Shown here in pieces: positions 8,966-18,753 of a stretch of 64,000 bases of DNA; position 1 is the stretch's first letter, and each line of letters starts with the position of its first letter. The position numbers and the translations under genes are program-made. The notes under the pieces were generated by a model. The model saw nothing but the letters and a program-made list of their open reading frames with translations, did no database searches and was not told the DNA's origin. The DNA comes from Candidatus Thorarchaeota archaeon (GTDB lineage: Archaea; Asgardarchaeota; Thorarchaeia; Thorarchaeales; Thorarchaeaceae), in contig JAWOEX010000039.1 of NCBI GenBank assembly GCA_046482545.1, forward strand, positions 64,001-128,000, written 5' to 3'.

Positions 8966-11563
8966 ATGATAAAAGCTATCGCCTCAATTGGTTTCAAGAA
9001 TGCCAAACGGCGAAAGACAACTTCATTCCTCACGATACTTGCTGTGGCCCTTGCTGTCAGCCTAACATACACCGCGATTTCAAGCACCGGCAGACTCATG
9101 GCCAGCGCGAACCAATTCATGCAACAATCGCTGTCCCCAGTTGATATTACGGTTTCTTCGACCAAATGGGGAAGTCCAATTACCAACAGCATGCGGGATT
9201 CAGTACAAGCACTTCCAAATACAGCGCAAGCAATTCCTAGAATAGAGGAAATCGTCAGTTATGAGAACGAAAGCAGTGCCATATCTCTTTTTCTGGCCGG
9301 TATCGACCCTCAGCAGGAAAAACACATAGGTAGCCTGAATGCCACCGAAGGGACGAACTCCCTTGTAGAAGACAACTGCTTTGTGACCACAGAAACAATG
9401 GAATTGCTAAATCTTTCCTTGGGTCAAGAACTACGGCTTGATACTACGGCCGGTCATCAGTTTTTCAACGTTTCAGGATATGGCTTGGCTATTGATAAGG
9501 GTGTCATTGGACCGGCAGTTTTCATTCCACTTGATTCCGCGTGGGAAATCTACACCATTCGGTACCCAGACCATTCAGTCAACAAACTTCTGGTTGAAGT
9601 CCACGATGTTTTTGGAGCCCCCGAGACGGTGTCGGCTGTAGAAGGCATGCTGGGGGAAGATTTCGTGGTAACCAATCTCAAAGCATATCATCTTAGGATT
9701 GCAAACCTGTTTCTTAGTCAGGCCAACACAATTCTCTTGGCTCTCGTTGGCGCTGCCGCATTTGTGGCCGCATTTCGGGTTTTCTCATCCTTTAGTATGC
9801 TTTTCAGTCAACGGAAGCGGGAAAGCGGAGTAGTATTGGCCTTTGGTGGTTCAAGAGGTGACTTGTTGTCGATACTTCTGTCAGAGGTAGGCATTATCGG
9901 ATTAGTGGGATCTCTTCTTGGAGGTGCCTTTGGGGTTATTCTCAGCCGCATCATTTTGGAACTCATAGTCGCTACCTCCAGAATTATCTACCTAGCTCCC
10001 ACCGCTGCATTTTTTGGTAGCGCTTCTAGTATCAGTCTATCTGGTCTTCTAGCATCAGGCGTATTTGGCATTGGCTTGACAGTATTCTCTGGATTCGTGC
10101 CAGCATGGCAATCTTCGAAAGAATCCATCGCCAGTAATTTGGGTAAGGGAACAGTTCAAACCAGCACCGGTAGTAGTGGTGTAGGGGTTGGCATCTCTGA
10201 CAGAGCTCAGAAAATCATGTACTGTATTAGTGTGCCGCTCTGTGTCCTTGTTGCGGTGCAAGTAAGCTCCGATCTGTTGAGTCTCTCTCTCCTATCAAGT
10301 GACATAATTCGAATCGGATCCGTCCCCATTCTGCTGTTTGGAGTCGTTGCGATTTCACCAAAACTAGCTGGATTACAACCTATTCTCAAACCTCTAACCT
10401 ATCAGGCCAGAGAGGTAGTCAGAGTACTGTCTCAGCGGAACTTGAGACGAAACACGATGGTTGCCATGGTAGTCTTCAACTTATTCGCGGCTGCCACCAC
10501 GCTACTCATAGCATCAAGCAATGTTGGATACGCTGTGACAGCCTCTTGGGAAAGAAGCCTAGGTGCAGGCGTCTCTTCAGCCAATATAATTGGATATGCT
10601 GACTCTCCAGTTGACCTTCCCATGGTCGATACAATCCAATCAATGCCTGAAGTAGAGCAAACTGTACCTGTCAACCAACGAGTAACTGAACTTCATTTCA
10701 ACGAGGAAAGTGGGATGGGCGTTCTCCTTGGCACTCATCCCGCGGAGTTTGAAGGGCTGGCCTCTATCGGTCTTTCACAAACGATAAACGAGAGCCAAGG
10801 ACTGAAAATTTTACAAGAATCCGGGTCCTGTGTCATTTCCGAGTACACAGCACGGGAACGAAATCTTGATCTTGGTGATAACATTACCGTCGGGACGCTC
10901 GGTAATACGACCGTGGTTGGAATTGCAGGATCATCTGTCCCCTTTTTCGTCCTGACCATTATGACCCCAAATTTCGTGATTGTAAGCAATGTAACGTGGA
11001 GCTCGTTGGTTGGTGAAGAATTCCAAGCGGGCAGCATCTTGATACGATCAGGTGATCCAGCCCAGACGATGAATGCACTTGCAGAATTTCCCAGTATTCG
11101 GAGTATTTTGATATCCAATATAGAAGCCGACTATGAAGGTGCTCTCAACGCTATTCAAACCACGATTGATGCATCCATTCTCACGCTGGTTGTAACAACT
11201 ATACTTAGCGCACTGATTGGTAGCTGGGCAATCTCCTCTACCAGAATCAGAGAAATCGGATTGCTTGCTTCCATGGGTATGTCTGATTCTGAAATTGCTT
11301 GGTCTATAACCGCAGAAAGCTCGGTTGCTATAATAACGGGAGTTCTAGTCGGTTCAGTGGTAGGCTTGGTTGTGCAGTCCTGCCTTCATGCGATAATGGA
11401 ACGATTTGTCTCTGCACCCATGATGATGCTTGACCCGAAAATCGTAGTTCTACTCATAGTCTCGATTTTCCTGTCGACCGGGCTTACGTACCGGTCGGTG
11501 AAATCAACTGCAAAACAACATCCAGCCAACTTATTGGCAGGAAGGCAGGCAAGAAAACGGTAG
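8966..11563 (+). CDS. FtsX/MacB-family ABC permease (duplicated halves)
   Basis: Two extracytoplasmic + FtsX repeats; QRKRESGVVLAFGG and TRIREIGLLASMGMS motifs. Confidence 0.88.
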   Translation: MIKAIASIGFKNAKRRKTTSFLTILAVALAVSLTYTAISSTGRLMASANQFMQQSLSPVDITVSSTKWGSPITNSMRDSVQALPNTAQAIPRIEEIVSYENESSAISLFLAGIDPQQEKHIGSLNATEGTNSLVEDNCFVTTETMELLNLSLGQELRLDTTAGHQFFNVSGYGLAIDKGVIGPAVFIPLDSAWEIYTIRYPDHSVNKLLVEVHDVFGAPETVSAVEGMLGEDFVVTNLKAYHLRIANLFLSQANTILLALVGAAAFVAAFRVFSSFSMLFSQRKRESGVVLAFGGSRGDLLSILLSEVGIIGLVGSLLGGAFGVILSRIILELIVATSRIIYLAPTAAFFGSASSISLSGLLASGVFGIGLTVFSGFVPAWQSSKESIASNLGKGTVQTSTGSSGVGVGISDRAQKIMYCISVPLCVLVAVQVSSDLLSLSLLSSDIIRIGSVPILLFGVVAISPKLAGLQPILKPLTYQAREVVRVLSQRNLRRNTMVAMVVFNLFAAATTLLIASSNVGYAVTASWERSLGAGVSSANIIGYADSPVDLPMVDTIQSMPEVEQTVPVNQRVTELHFNEESGMGVLLGTHPAEFEGLASIGLSQTINESQGLKILQESGSCVISEYTARERNLDLGDNITVGTLGNTTVVGIAGSSVPFFVLTIMTPNFVIVSNVTWSSLVGEEFQAGSILIRSGDPAQTMNALAEFPSIRSILISNIEADYEGALNAIQTTIDASILTLVVTTILSALIGSWAISSTRIREIGLLASMGMSDSEIAWSITAESSVAIITGVLVGSVVGLVVQSCLHAIMERFVSAPMMMLDPKIVVLLIVSIFLSTGLTYRSVKSTAKQHPANLLAGRQARKR

Positions 11564-11681
11564 TAGCAAGGATTTCTGGTGTGGCTATCACAGATTATTC
11601 CAGTAGCGTTGGTGTACTTGGTGACACAACAGGTATTATGAGAGATAGCTTGAGCTTATCTAGGATGAGGATGCGTCTCAA

Positions 11682-13538
11682 GTGCACATGACCAGACTAA
11701 AACGAATATTTCTGCCTGGTTGGATAATCCTCATTATGTTACTTATACAGCCTATGCTCCTTCTTGAGGGTGCTACAAATACTGATCATATTACTAAGCA
11801 GGGACCGTATGTAGATACGATCAGATACGAAATCATCCAAGATCAAGCAGATGCTATTACAGCACTGCAGAATGGAGAAGTCGAAGTCATCGTTGACTCA
11901 ATTGAGCCACAGCACCTTGAAGAACTTGAGCAGTCTGCAAACATAGAGGTAGCAAAGACCAATCGAAATGGCTATGGTTTCTTCCTATTCAACTACGAAC
12001 GGTATCCGCTGAACATGACCGTTCTCAGACGAGCTGCTGCATTTGCTTTCCATAAAGAAAAAGTGGCCAACGAAACCTGGAGTGGTTATGCTGAACCCCT
12101 TGATTCGCCGGTCCCTCCAATGAATCCATTGTCAGCTGAGGAAGAGCTCGATTATCACTACTATGAAACCGAAGTTGACCGTGCGAATTCGTTACTGGAT
12201 GCCGCCGGTTTCGAAATCAATGAAACAACAGGATTTAGAGAAGCACCGAATGGGGAGCCATTTGATATCTGTATTGATGCTTCATGGAACTCTCAAATAC
12301 AATTCTCCGTTGCAAAAGTGCTTGAAGATGCGTTCGAAAATCTTCATGTAGATGCATCAGCAGCCCAAGTTGACCCATATGATATGAAGTGTAGAACCGA
12401 GAGATTTGACATTCGTTTACTAGAGAATCACTTCGAAGATTTCAACGTAGATTGGCTGACTTCTCGGCTATGGGTTGGCGGATGGGATTGCCTCTGTCCC
12501 CAATACCAGCCCTATCAGGAAATCCTCGAATTGAGGAATGCTACCTTTAGAGACTGGAAAGAACAGCTTCTTACTGCTAGCTCATTTGAAAAGATTCGCG
12601 AAGCGGCTGTCGAGATCCAGAAAATCATTGTATACGAGAGCCCAATGATTGTGGCATACAATGACAAGTATCTGTCAGCGTACAGAACGGATGAATTTGA
12701 AGAATTTGTGAAAGGATCTCACCAGGGCGTTGAATCATGGTGGATGCCCTACCATGCACGGCTTATCGAAACTGGCGGGGTGCACATTGGCGGCACTTTG
12801 GAAATCGCTTACCCCTTCCGGGGTATAGACAGTTTCAACTTCATGCACGCCATGTTCCCTGTGTCAGATCCCATTGTTCAGTTCTTTTATGATAGTCTTA
12901 TTCGACAAAAACCAGATGGAGACGCTATCAACTGGTTTGCCAAGGATTATACTATAGAAACACATGCAGATAACACAAGTGTGCCTGAGAATCATACTCG
13001 AATTACTTTCATCATGATTCAGAATGCGACATGGACAGATGGTAAACCAATCACTGCGGAAGATGCTGCATTCTCGCTCAACTACTACCGTGATGCACCC
13101 GGGAATCCCTACAGTACGGACCTAACAAACTTGACCGCCGCTTACGCAAACTCTCCATATACGCTTGAGGTCGAATTCAACACCGAGTCATACTGGCACC
13201 TCCAGAGAGTCGGATACAAGCCTATCATTCCCCGACACATATTCACTCAGATAGGCACTGAAGGTTGGAACACCTGGAACCCCAATCCACCAGAGGAAGA
13301 GATGGTCACTTCTGGTCCATTCAACGTGTCGGAGTATGTTGCGAGCGAGTACTGTGAACTAAGCAAAAATGACAACTATCCGTTCAGACCAGAAGCCGTC
13401 ACAAGTGAAACTACCTATACGAATGATAGTACCCCAACGATTAATCTGGTCGAAGTGGGTATTGTATTTTCGATTGGGTTAATAGCAGTAGTAGCTGTGG
13501 GAGTTGTTGGGCGTAAAATCATGAGTAAAGTAGAATAA
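11682..13538 (+). CDS. Family 5 (Opp/Dpp) solute-binding protein, circularly permuted, with signal peptide and C-terminal TM anchor
   Basis: TWTDGKPITAEDAAFS, TSGPF, LRRAAAFA motifs present, but in swapped order relative to 44872..46812. Confidence 0.88.
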   Translation: MHMTRLKRIFLPGWIILIMLLIQPMLLLEGATNTDHITKQGPYVDTIRYEIIQDQADAITALQNGEVEVIVDSIEPQHLEELEQSANIEVAKTNRNGYGFFLFNYERYPLNMTVLRRAAAFAFHKEKVANETWSGYAEPLDSPVPPMNPLSAEEELDYHYYETEVDRANSLLDAAGFEINETTGFREAPNGEPFDICIDASWNSQIQFSVAKVLEDAFENLHVDASAAQVDPYDMKCRTERFDIRLLENHFEDFNVDWLTSRLWVGGWDCLCPQYQPYQEILELRNATFRDWKEQLLTASSFEKIREAAVEIQKIIVYESPMIVAYNDKYLSAYRTDEFEEFVKGSHQGVESWWMPYHARLIETGGVHIGGTLEIAYPFRGIDSFNFMHAMFPVSDPIVQFFYDSLIRQKPDGDAINWFAKDYTIETHADNTSVPENHTRITFIMIQNATWTDGKPITAEDAAFSLNYYRDAPGNPYSTDLTNLTAAYANSPYTLEVEFNTESYWHLQRVGYKPIIPRHIFTQIGTEGWNTWNPNPPEEEMVTSGPFNVSEYVASEYCELSKNDNYPFRPEAVTSETTYTNDSTPTINLVEVGIVFSIGLIAVVAVGVVGRKIMSKVE

Positions 13539-13650
13539 GAGCATAAATCCCGCCTGATGGCTGCAGAAATGGCAACACGAACACGTTGATTTCTGCAAGA
13601 AGAGCCATAGATTAAAGATGGGGGATTATCTCGAACAGTTATAAGCCGCC

Positions 13651-16416
13651 TTGTCTCCAAAAATGAATAATTCTGATATGGAGCTGTTCCTCATAACTAA
13701 TGAAAATCTCGTGCTAGACTTGACGGACGTCAACGTGCACCATAAGCAGCTAATAGGATCAAAAGCAGCCCATCTGGGAGAAATCCTGAATCAGAGACAC
13801 CACGTACCGAGGGGATACATTCTTACAACCGCGGCATATAATTATCTCTTTCAGGCGCAAGGTCTATTCGATAAAATACATGACCTATTTCATCGTACCA
13901 ATTTTGACAATTCTGAATCCATACAGCAAACCTCCAACCAAATCTGTGACGCAATATCTAGAGCAGATTTGCAGGGCAAAATTCTGAAACTCATATCCAA
14001 AAAACATCATGACCTGGACTTAGGGGCAGTTGCCGTGAGGTCGTCAGCAACCGCAGAGGATTTGCCTGAATCCTCCTTTGCAGGTCAATATGAGACATTC
14101 TTGAATGTGAAAGGAATGGAACATATAGCCAACGCTGTGGCGAAGTGCTACCAGTCTATGTGGTCACCCCGGGTAATGGCATATCGGCAGCGTCAAGGCA
14201 TCAATCAGCTGGAGGTCAAGCTTGCGATACTTATCCAGGAAATAGTTGAAGCAAAATCTGCAGGTGTTCTTTTCACAAAAGACCCAACGTCTTTGAAGAA
14301 TGATAGAATTGTAATCGAATCAAATTTTGGTCTCGGAGAATCCGTGGTCTCGGGTCAGGCTGTATCAGACCGCTTTGTACTGGAAGAAGAGCAAACTGAA
14401 AATGGAAATCATTTGAGAATACGTGAAACGCAAGTTGGAATCAAGGGAGTCGTTGTCAAGCCATCATCAGAAAATCAAGAAGGTGGGACTGTCGTTCTCA
14501 ACGCAACCAGCGATGAATCTGAGAGCCCTTCAATAACTGATGAACAGGCACTAAAGCTTGGTAAAATCGGCCAGCAGTTAGAGACCCTATTTGAGGGGCC
14601 ACAGGACATCGAGTGGGCCATTGACAGCAAGGGTACAATCCACGTACTCCAGTCCCGTCCCATTACAACAAACCTTGAAAGCGAAGATGAAGATGAAATC
14701 CTCTGGACTAGGGGATACAGCGACGATTATTGGAATGATAATGTCACGCCGTTGTTCTTTGATTTGTTGGGTGATCAACTCACCTACATAGTAAACAACG
14801 AGCTCAACACAATAATGGGCTACCAAGATATGCCTGATGAACTTCTCAAGCTCCATAAAGCTCATGTTTACTTCAACTTGGATGTACTTCGAGAAAAGGT
14901 GAGAAATGAAATTCCTCCTTTCATCAGATCCGAAGATGTTCTAGACTACTTCCCCAGCGGTGATGGACCCTACGGCAAGCAAACAATGCGAGAAATGCCA
15001 TTCAATCTTTTGGGTCGAATGATGGCGGAAATCAGGGTTATGCTGTTTGACTCTCGTGGATCATTAACCGACACTGCTGATGCCTATGACAAATGGACAG
15101 ATGGTGTGTTCGTACCATACTGTGAAAGATTTGACGCCAAACTCGAAGCGATGGCTGAACAATGTTCATTGAATGAGTTGATGAATCTAGCAGACGAGCT
15201 TGACAAGGAAATGATGACACACTTCCGGATGGTTCGATATGGCATTCCGGTTCATAACATTGGTATGAATTTGCTAACCAAGTACCTGCTTGGTACTTTC
15301 TTGGATAGCAGCAAGGCAGCAAGGTTCTATCCACTCCTTATCTCTGGATTGAATCATAAGACAAATGAAATTAACAAAAGAGTGAATGATCTTGCCGACG
15401 AAGCCCTCACAAGTGTAAAAGTCAGAAGACTAATAGCCGAAGAACCCTCTGAATCTACATACAATCACCTGAAACAAATGGACGATGATGCTTCCCGAGA
15501 ATTCATGGTTGAGTTCGATAGATTTCTGGAAGAATATGGGGAACGTGGATTCACGAGAGAGCCATTCTACCCTAGGTGGGGTGAAGCACCAGAGTATGTA
15601 TTTGATATTCTCAAATCACTAGTTCACGATGAAGAAAGCCCATCCTCAAGTCATGACCCGAAGAAGAAGCGCATTATTGCAGAACGGAGAGTCAAGAAAG
15701 CCATAAAGTCACAGACCCTTGGAACTCTCAAGTGGAAACTATTTTCTACGATTCTAGGTTTTGCCAGACGATATATCAGATTCAGAGAGGACCAGCGATT
15801 CAACCTTGACAGGTGGATAACTCGTAACAGAGCTGTCTTCTTGGAAATCGGAAAAAGGTTGGATGAAAGGAACATAATTCCAGACCCTTCCAAGATTTTT
15901 TTCCTGCATAGGAAGGAGATTAGGAAAATTGTGGCGGGACAAATGGGGCAGTACGAGATGGAACGTCTGGAAGAAACCGTAAACAGGCGCTTTCGAGAAT
16001 TCAAGGAGTACGAAAATACAACACCACCCAAGTTCCTCAAAGGTAGGAGAGAGTACAATGATGCAGTATTCACTCTCAATGAATCTGGCATTCTGAGTGG
16101 AACTCCCGCAAGTCATGGCCTCGTGAGCGGCACCGTAAGAGTACTTGAAACTGTGAATCAAGTTCCCGAGGTGCGCCATGGAGAGATTCTGATAGTTCCA
16201 CGCACGGATCCGGGATGGACTCCAGTGTTCTCCAAGATAGCAGGAGTAGTGACAGAAACAGGGGGGGTGTTATCACACGGGGCTGTAGTTTCACGAGAAT
16301 TTGGGATTCCAGCTGTAACAAATGTCAGCCGGGCCTGCAAGCTTGTGACCACAGGTCAAACGGTAACTATTGATGGCTACAAAGGCAAAGTCATTATCCA
16401 CGAGGAGAATGAATAA
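13651..16416 (+). CDS. PEP-utilising-family dikinase of RPH/PigC architecture (ATP-grasp + central substrate domain + C-terminal His swivel)
   Basis: GSKAAHL, AVRSSATAEDLPESSFAGQYET, GLGESVVSG, PQDIEWA, LQSRPIT; C-terminal TDPGWTP and SHGAVVSREFGIPAV. No pyruvate-binding TIM barrel. Confidence 0.92.
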   Translation: MSPKMNNSDMELFLITNENLVLDLTDVNVHHKQLIGSKAAHLGEILNQRHHVPRGYILTTAAYNYLFQAQGLFDKIHDLFHRTNFDNSESIQQTSNQICDAISRADLQGKILKLISKKHHDLDLGAVAVRSSATAEDLPESSFAGQYETFLNVKGMEHIANAVAKCYQSMWSPRVMAYRQRQGINQLEVKLAILIQEIVEAKSAGVLFTKDPTSLKNDRIVIESNFGLGESVVSGQAVSDRFVLEEEQTENGNHLRIRETQVGIKGVVVKPSSENQEGGTVVLNATSDESESPSITDEQALKLGKIGQQLETLFEGPQDIEWAIDSKGTIHVLQSRPITTNLESEDEDEILWTRGYSDDYWNDNVTPLFFDLLGDQLTYIVNNELNTIMGYQDMPDELLKLHKAHVYFNLDVLREKVRNEIPPFIRSEDVLDYFPSGDGPYGKQTMREMPFNLLGRMMAEIRVMLFDSRGSLTDTADAYDKWTDGVFVPYCERFDAKLEAMAEQCSLNELMNLADELDKEMMTHFRMVRYGIPVHNIGMNLLTKYLLGTFLDSSKAARFYPLLISGLNHKTNEINKRVNDLADEALTSVKVRRLIAEEPSESTYNHLKQMDDDASREFMVEFDRFLEEYGERGFTREPFYPRWGEAPEYVFDILKSLVHDEESPSSSHDPKKKRIIAERRVKKAIKSQTLGTLKWKLFSTILGFARRYIRFREDQRFNLDRWITRNRAVFLEIGKRLDERNIIPDPSKIFFLHRKEIRKIVAGQMGQYEMERLEETVNRRFREFKEYENTTPPKFLKGRREYNDAVFTLNESGILSGTPASHGLVSGTVRVLETVNQVPEVRHGEILIVPRTDPGWTPVFSKIAGVVTETGGVLSHGAVVSREFGIPAVTNVSRACKLVTTGQTVTIDGYKGKVIIHEENE

Positions 16417-16418
16417 AC

Positions 16419-17384
16419 TTGGAACAGATTACACACGAACCAACATCAAATCACATGAACTGGAATGAAAGCTATTACTTCCTTTTCTATGACAAGAAGA
16501 CAGAACTAGGACTCATGAACAGAGTGGGGTTTAAGCCAAACAAGCCTGAAGGTATGACTTTCCTATTCCTTTTCTTACCTGACGGTTCAGTTGCTGCATT
16601 CCATACTACCGATGAATGTGAGAGCTACCCCAATAGCCTTGATGTAGCTGGAGTGAGTCATCAGCCCAAGCCAGATGGTACTTGGGAATATTCGTTCGAT
16701 GGATCATTGGTTGTGGTAGAAGACTCAGAACAGCTGCCCAAAGCAAGAGAAAGACCCGAATTGATATCTGATCTCCTTGAAAGTCATATTCAGCTGAGCT
16801 TCGACCCACTAAACAAACCATACGAATACAGTGAACACATGACACCCGAATCATTAGAGCTCGGAAGGAAATCGGGTGATAAGCACTGGGAGCAAATAGC
16901 AACAATAAGTGGGTCAATCGAGCTCGGAGAGAATAGATATTCTATTAACAGCGTCATTGGACAGAGAGATCATACTCACGGAATTAGGGATTGGACAGGG
17001 GTGGGAAACTGGTTCTACTTTGTTGTATGGTTTGATGAAAATCTTGCAGTGAATCCTGCAGCCGTGGTTGCAGAAGACGGTAGTCTTGCCACAGGAGGCT
17101 TCATCTTCCGAGAGGGCGAAAATGTTCCGCTCACAAGCATAGAGGTAATCTCGCACGAGTTCAGAGCGGATGGAGTTTTTCCGACAAGAACAGAACTTGA
17201 GCTCAAAGACAACGAGAAGAACATATACCGCCTCATAGGAGAACCAGGGCCAATCGTACCCGTGCCATTTACGGATAGTTCCGGAAGAGAATCGGTACTC
17301 GTACAATCATTCGGAAAATTCGAGCTTGATAACAGGTTGGACGGATACGGGTCGTATGAAACATTGAGAAGGTTCACAATCTAG
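16419..17384 (+). CDS. Beta-barrel protein of AttH/CrtC/tocopherol-cyclase-like type, unknown function
   Basis: WNESYYF.F.D, R.G..PN, HWEQ, GQRDHTHGIRDW motifs; starts 2 nt after the dikinase stop. Confidence 0.7.
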   Translation: MEQITHEPTSNHMNWNESYYFLFYDKKTELGLMNRVGFKPNKPEGMTFLFLFLPDGSVAAFHTTDECESYPNSLDVAGVSHQPKPDGTWEYSFDGSLVVVEDSEQLPKARERPELISDLLESHIQLSFDPLNKPYEYSEHMTPESLELGRKSGDKHWEQIATISGSIELGENRYSINSVIGQRDHTHGIRDWTGVGNWFYFVVWFDENLAVNPAAVVAEDGSLATGGFIFREGENVPLTSIEVISHEFRADGVFPTRTELELKDNEKNIYRLIGEPGPIVPVPFTDSSGRESVLVQSFGKFELDNRLDGYGSYETLRRFTI

Positions 17385-17488
17385 ATAGACGAGAACGTAC
17401 ACCAGACGTAGTAATTCCAGCATCTCATACAAGTAAGCCCTGTATGGTTATGGGAAAGCGTTAAACGAAATATGATATCACAGTCCGT

Positions 17489-18637
17489 ATGGAATCGCCA
17501 AATATCAGGCCTGATTACAAGCATAGTATCGTCAACTTGACTAGCGCGCTCGCTGGGAAAATGGGAATCGATTCCATCTGCAAAGGCCTAGAAGAATCAA
17601 GTCTCTACGACATTGAAGAATCTTCGACCATTCTCTTCATAATCATTGATGGTCTGGGCTATAACTACCTTCTTCGCCACGGATCAGGGCTCTGGCTTCG
17701 CGACCACCTCGTATCTTCAATGTCCAGCGTATTTCCTCCAAGCACCGGTTCAGCCATGACTAGCTTCTACACTGCCACTACACCACTTCAGCACGGAATT
17801 ACCGGCTGGTTCGTATACCTGAAAGACCTTGGTGTTGTCTCACGGTTTTTACCATTCAGCACCTTGGTCAACGAGAAGCCCATGCAAACCGATGTTGCTC
17901 CATTTGTTGGTGCTGAACCTTGGCTAGGCAAAATACAGAAGAGAAGCATTTTCTTGGGGCCCCAGCGTATAATCAACTCTTCATATTCAAGATTTGTTTC
18001 AAGTGGCTGTACAAGAATTGGTTATCATAGCTTGCAGGAACTATTCGGCAATGCAAGGGATTTAGCCATTCACGCCCACGAGAATCAGTTCATGTTTGTC
18101 TACTGGCCCGAGTTAGATGCCACTGGACATGACGAGGGCATTGAGAGTGAAGCTGCAATCAATCATCTGACTACGCTAGATAAGAACTTGGAGAAGCTGG
18201 CTAAAGAGGTACCGAATAATGTCAGAATCATCATCACATCGGACCATGGCATTGTTGATGTGGAGCAAGAGAATACCGTCAAGCTAGCTAATCACCCAGA
18301 ACTCAAAAAGACACTTATCGCACCAGTGTGCGGCGATACTCGTACCTGTTATTTCTATGTGCGCCCAAACAAAGTCGATGCATTTCAATCCTATATGAAC
18401 GATCATCTTGCTCACGCGTGTACTATGTATCAGACATCTCAGCTGGTTGACATGGGCTGGTTCGGACCCGGAGAACCAAGTAACAAATTTGATACACGTG
18501 CCGGTGATTTTGTGGCCTTGATGAAGGAAGGCTATGCATTGCTCAATGACTTTCCGGGTGAAGAATACCCAGAGCTAGTAGGTCAACATGGCGGGTTATC
18601 TGAAGACGAGATGTTGGTTCCTCTTGTTATCCATTAG
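17489..18637 (+). CDS. Alkaline phosphatase superfamily (nucleotide pyrophosphatase/phosphodiesterase) protein
   Basis: IIDGLG, SVFPPST, HGITG, LDATGH, ITSDHG, GQHGGLSEDEMLVP. Confidence 0.9.
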   Translation: MESPNIRPDYKHSIVNLTSALAGKMGIDSICKGLEESSLYDIEESSTILFIIIDGLGYNYLLRHGSGLWLRDHLVSSMSSVFPPSTGSAMTSFYTATTPLQHGITGWFVYLKDLGVVSRFLPFSTLVNEKPMQTDVAPFVGAEPWLGKIQKRSIFLGPQRIINSSYSRFVSSGCTRIGYHSLQELFGNARDLAIHAHENQFMFVYWPELDATGHDEGIESEAAINHLTTLDKNLEKLAKEVPNNVRIIITSDHGIVDVEQENTVKLANHPELKKTLIAPVCGDTRTCYFYVRPNKVDAFQSYMNDHLAHACTMYQTSQLVDMGWFGPGEPSNKFDTRAGDFVALMKEGYALLNDFPGEEYPELVGQHGGLSEDEMLVPLVIH

Positions 18638-18753
18638 TCAAGGATTACTATAGTACCAAGGATAGACGTTGGCATTTAACGAGATGGAAGGGCGGAATTG
18701 CCAATTGGAATCGCTTTTATGGTGTCACTTTTTCCTCTTTCATGGCGTGAATC

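Noticed and set aside
13651-16416. Annotation as ppsA (PEP synthase) or as a rifampicin resistance gene
   Set aside because: It lacks the C-terminal pyruvate-binding barrel of PpsA. RPH-like architecture alone does not establish rifampicin as the substrate.
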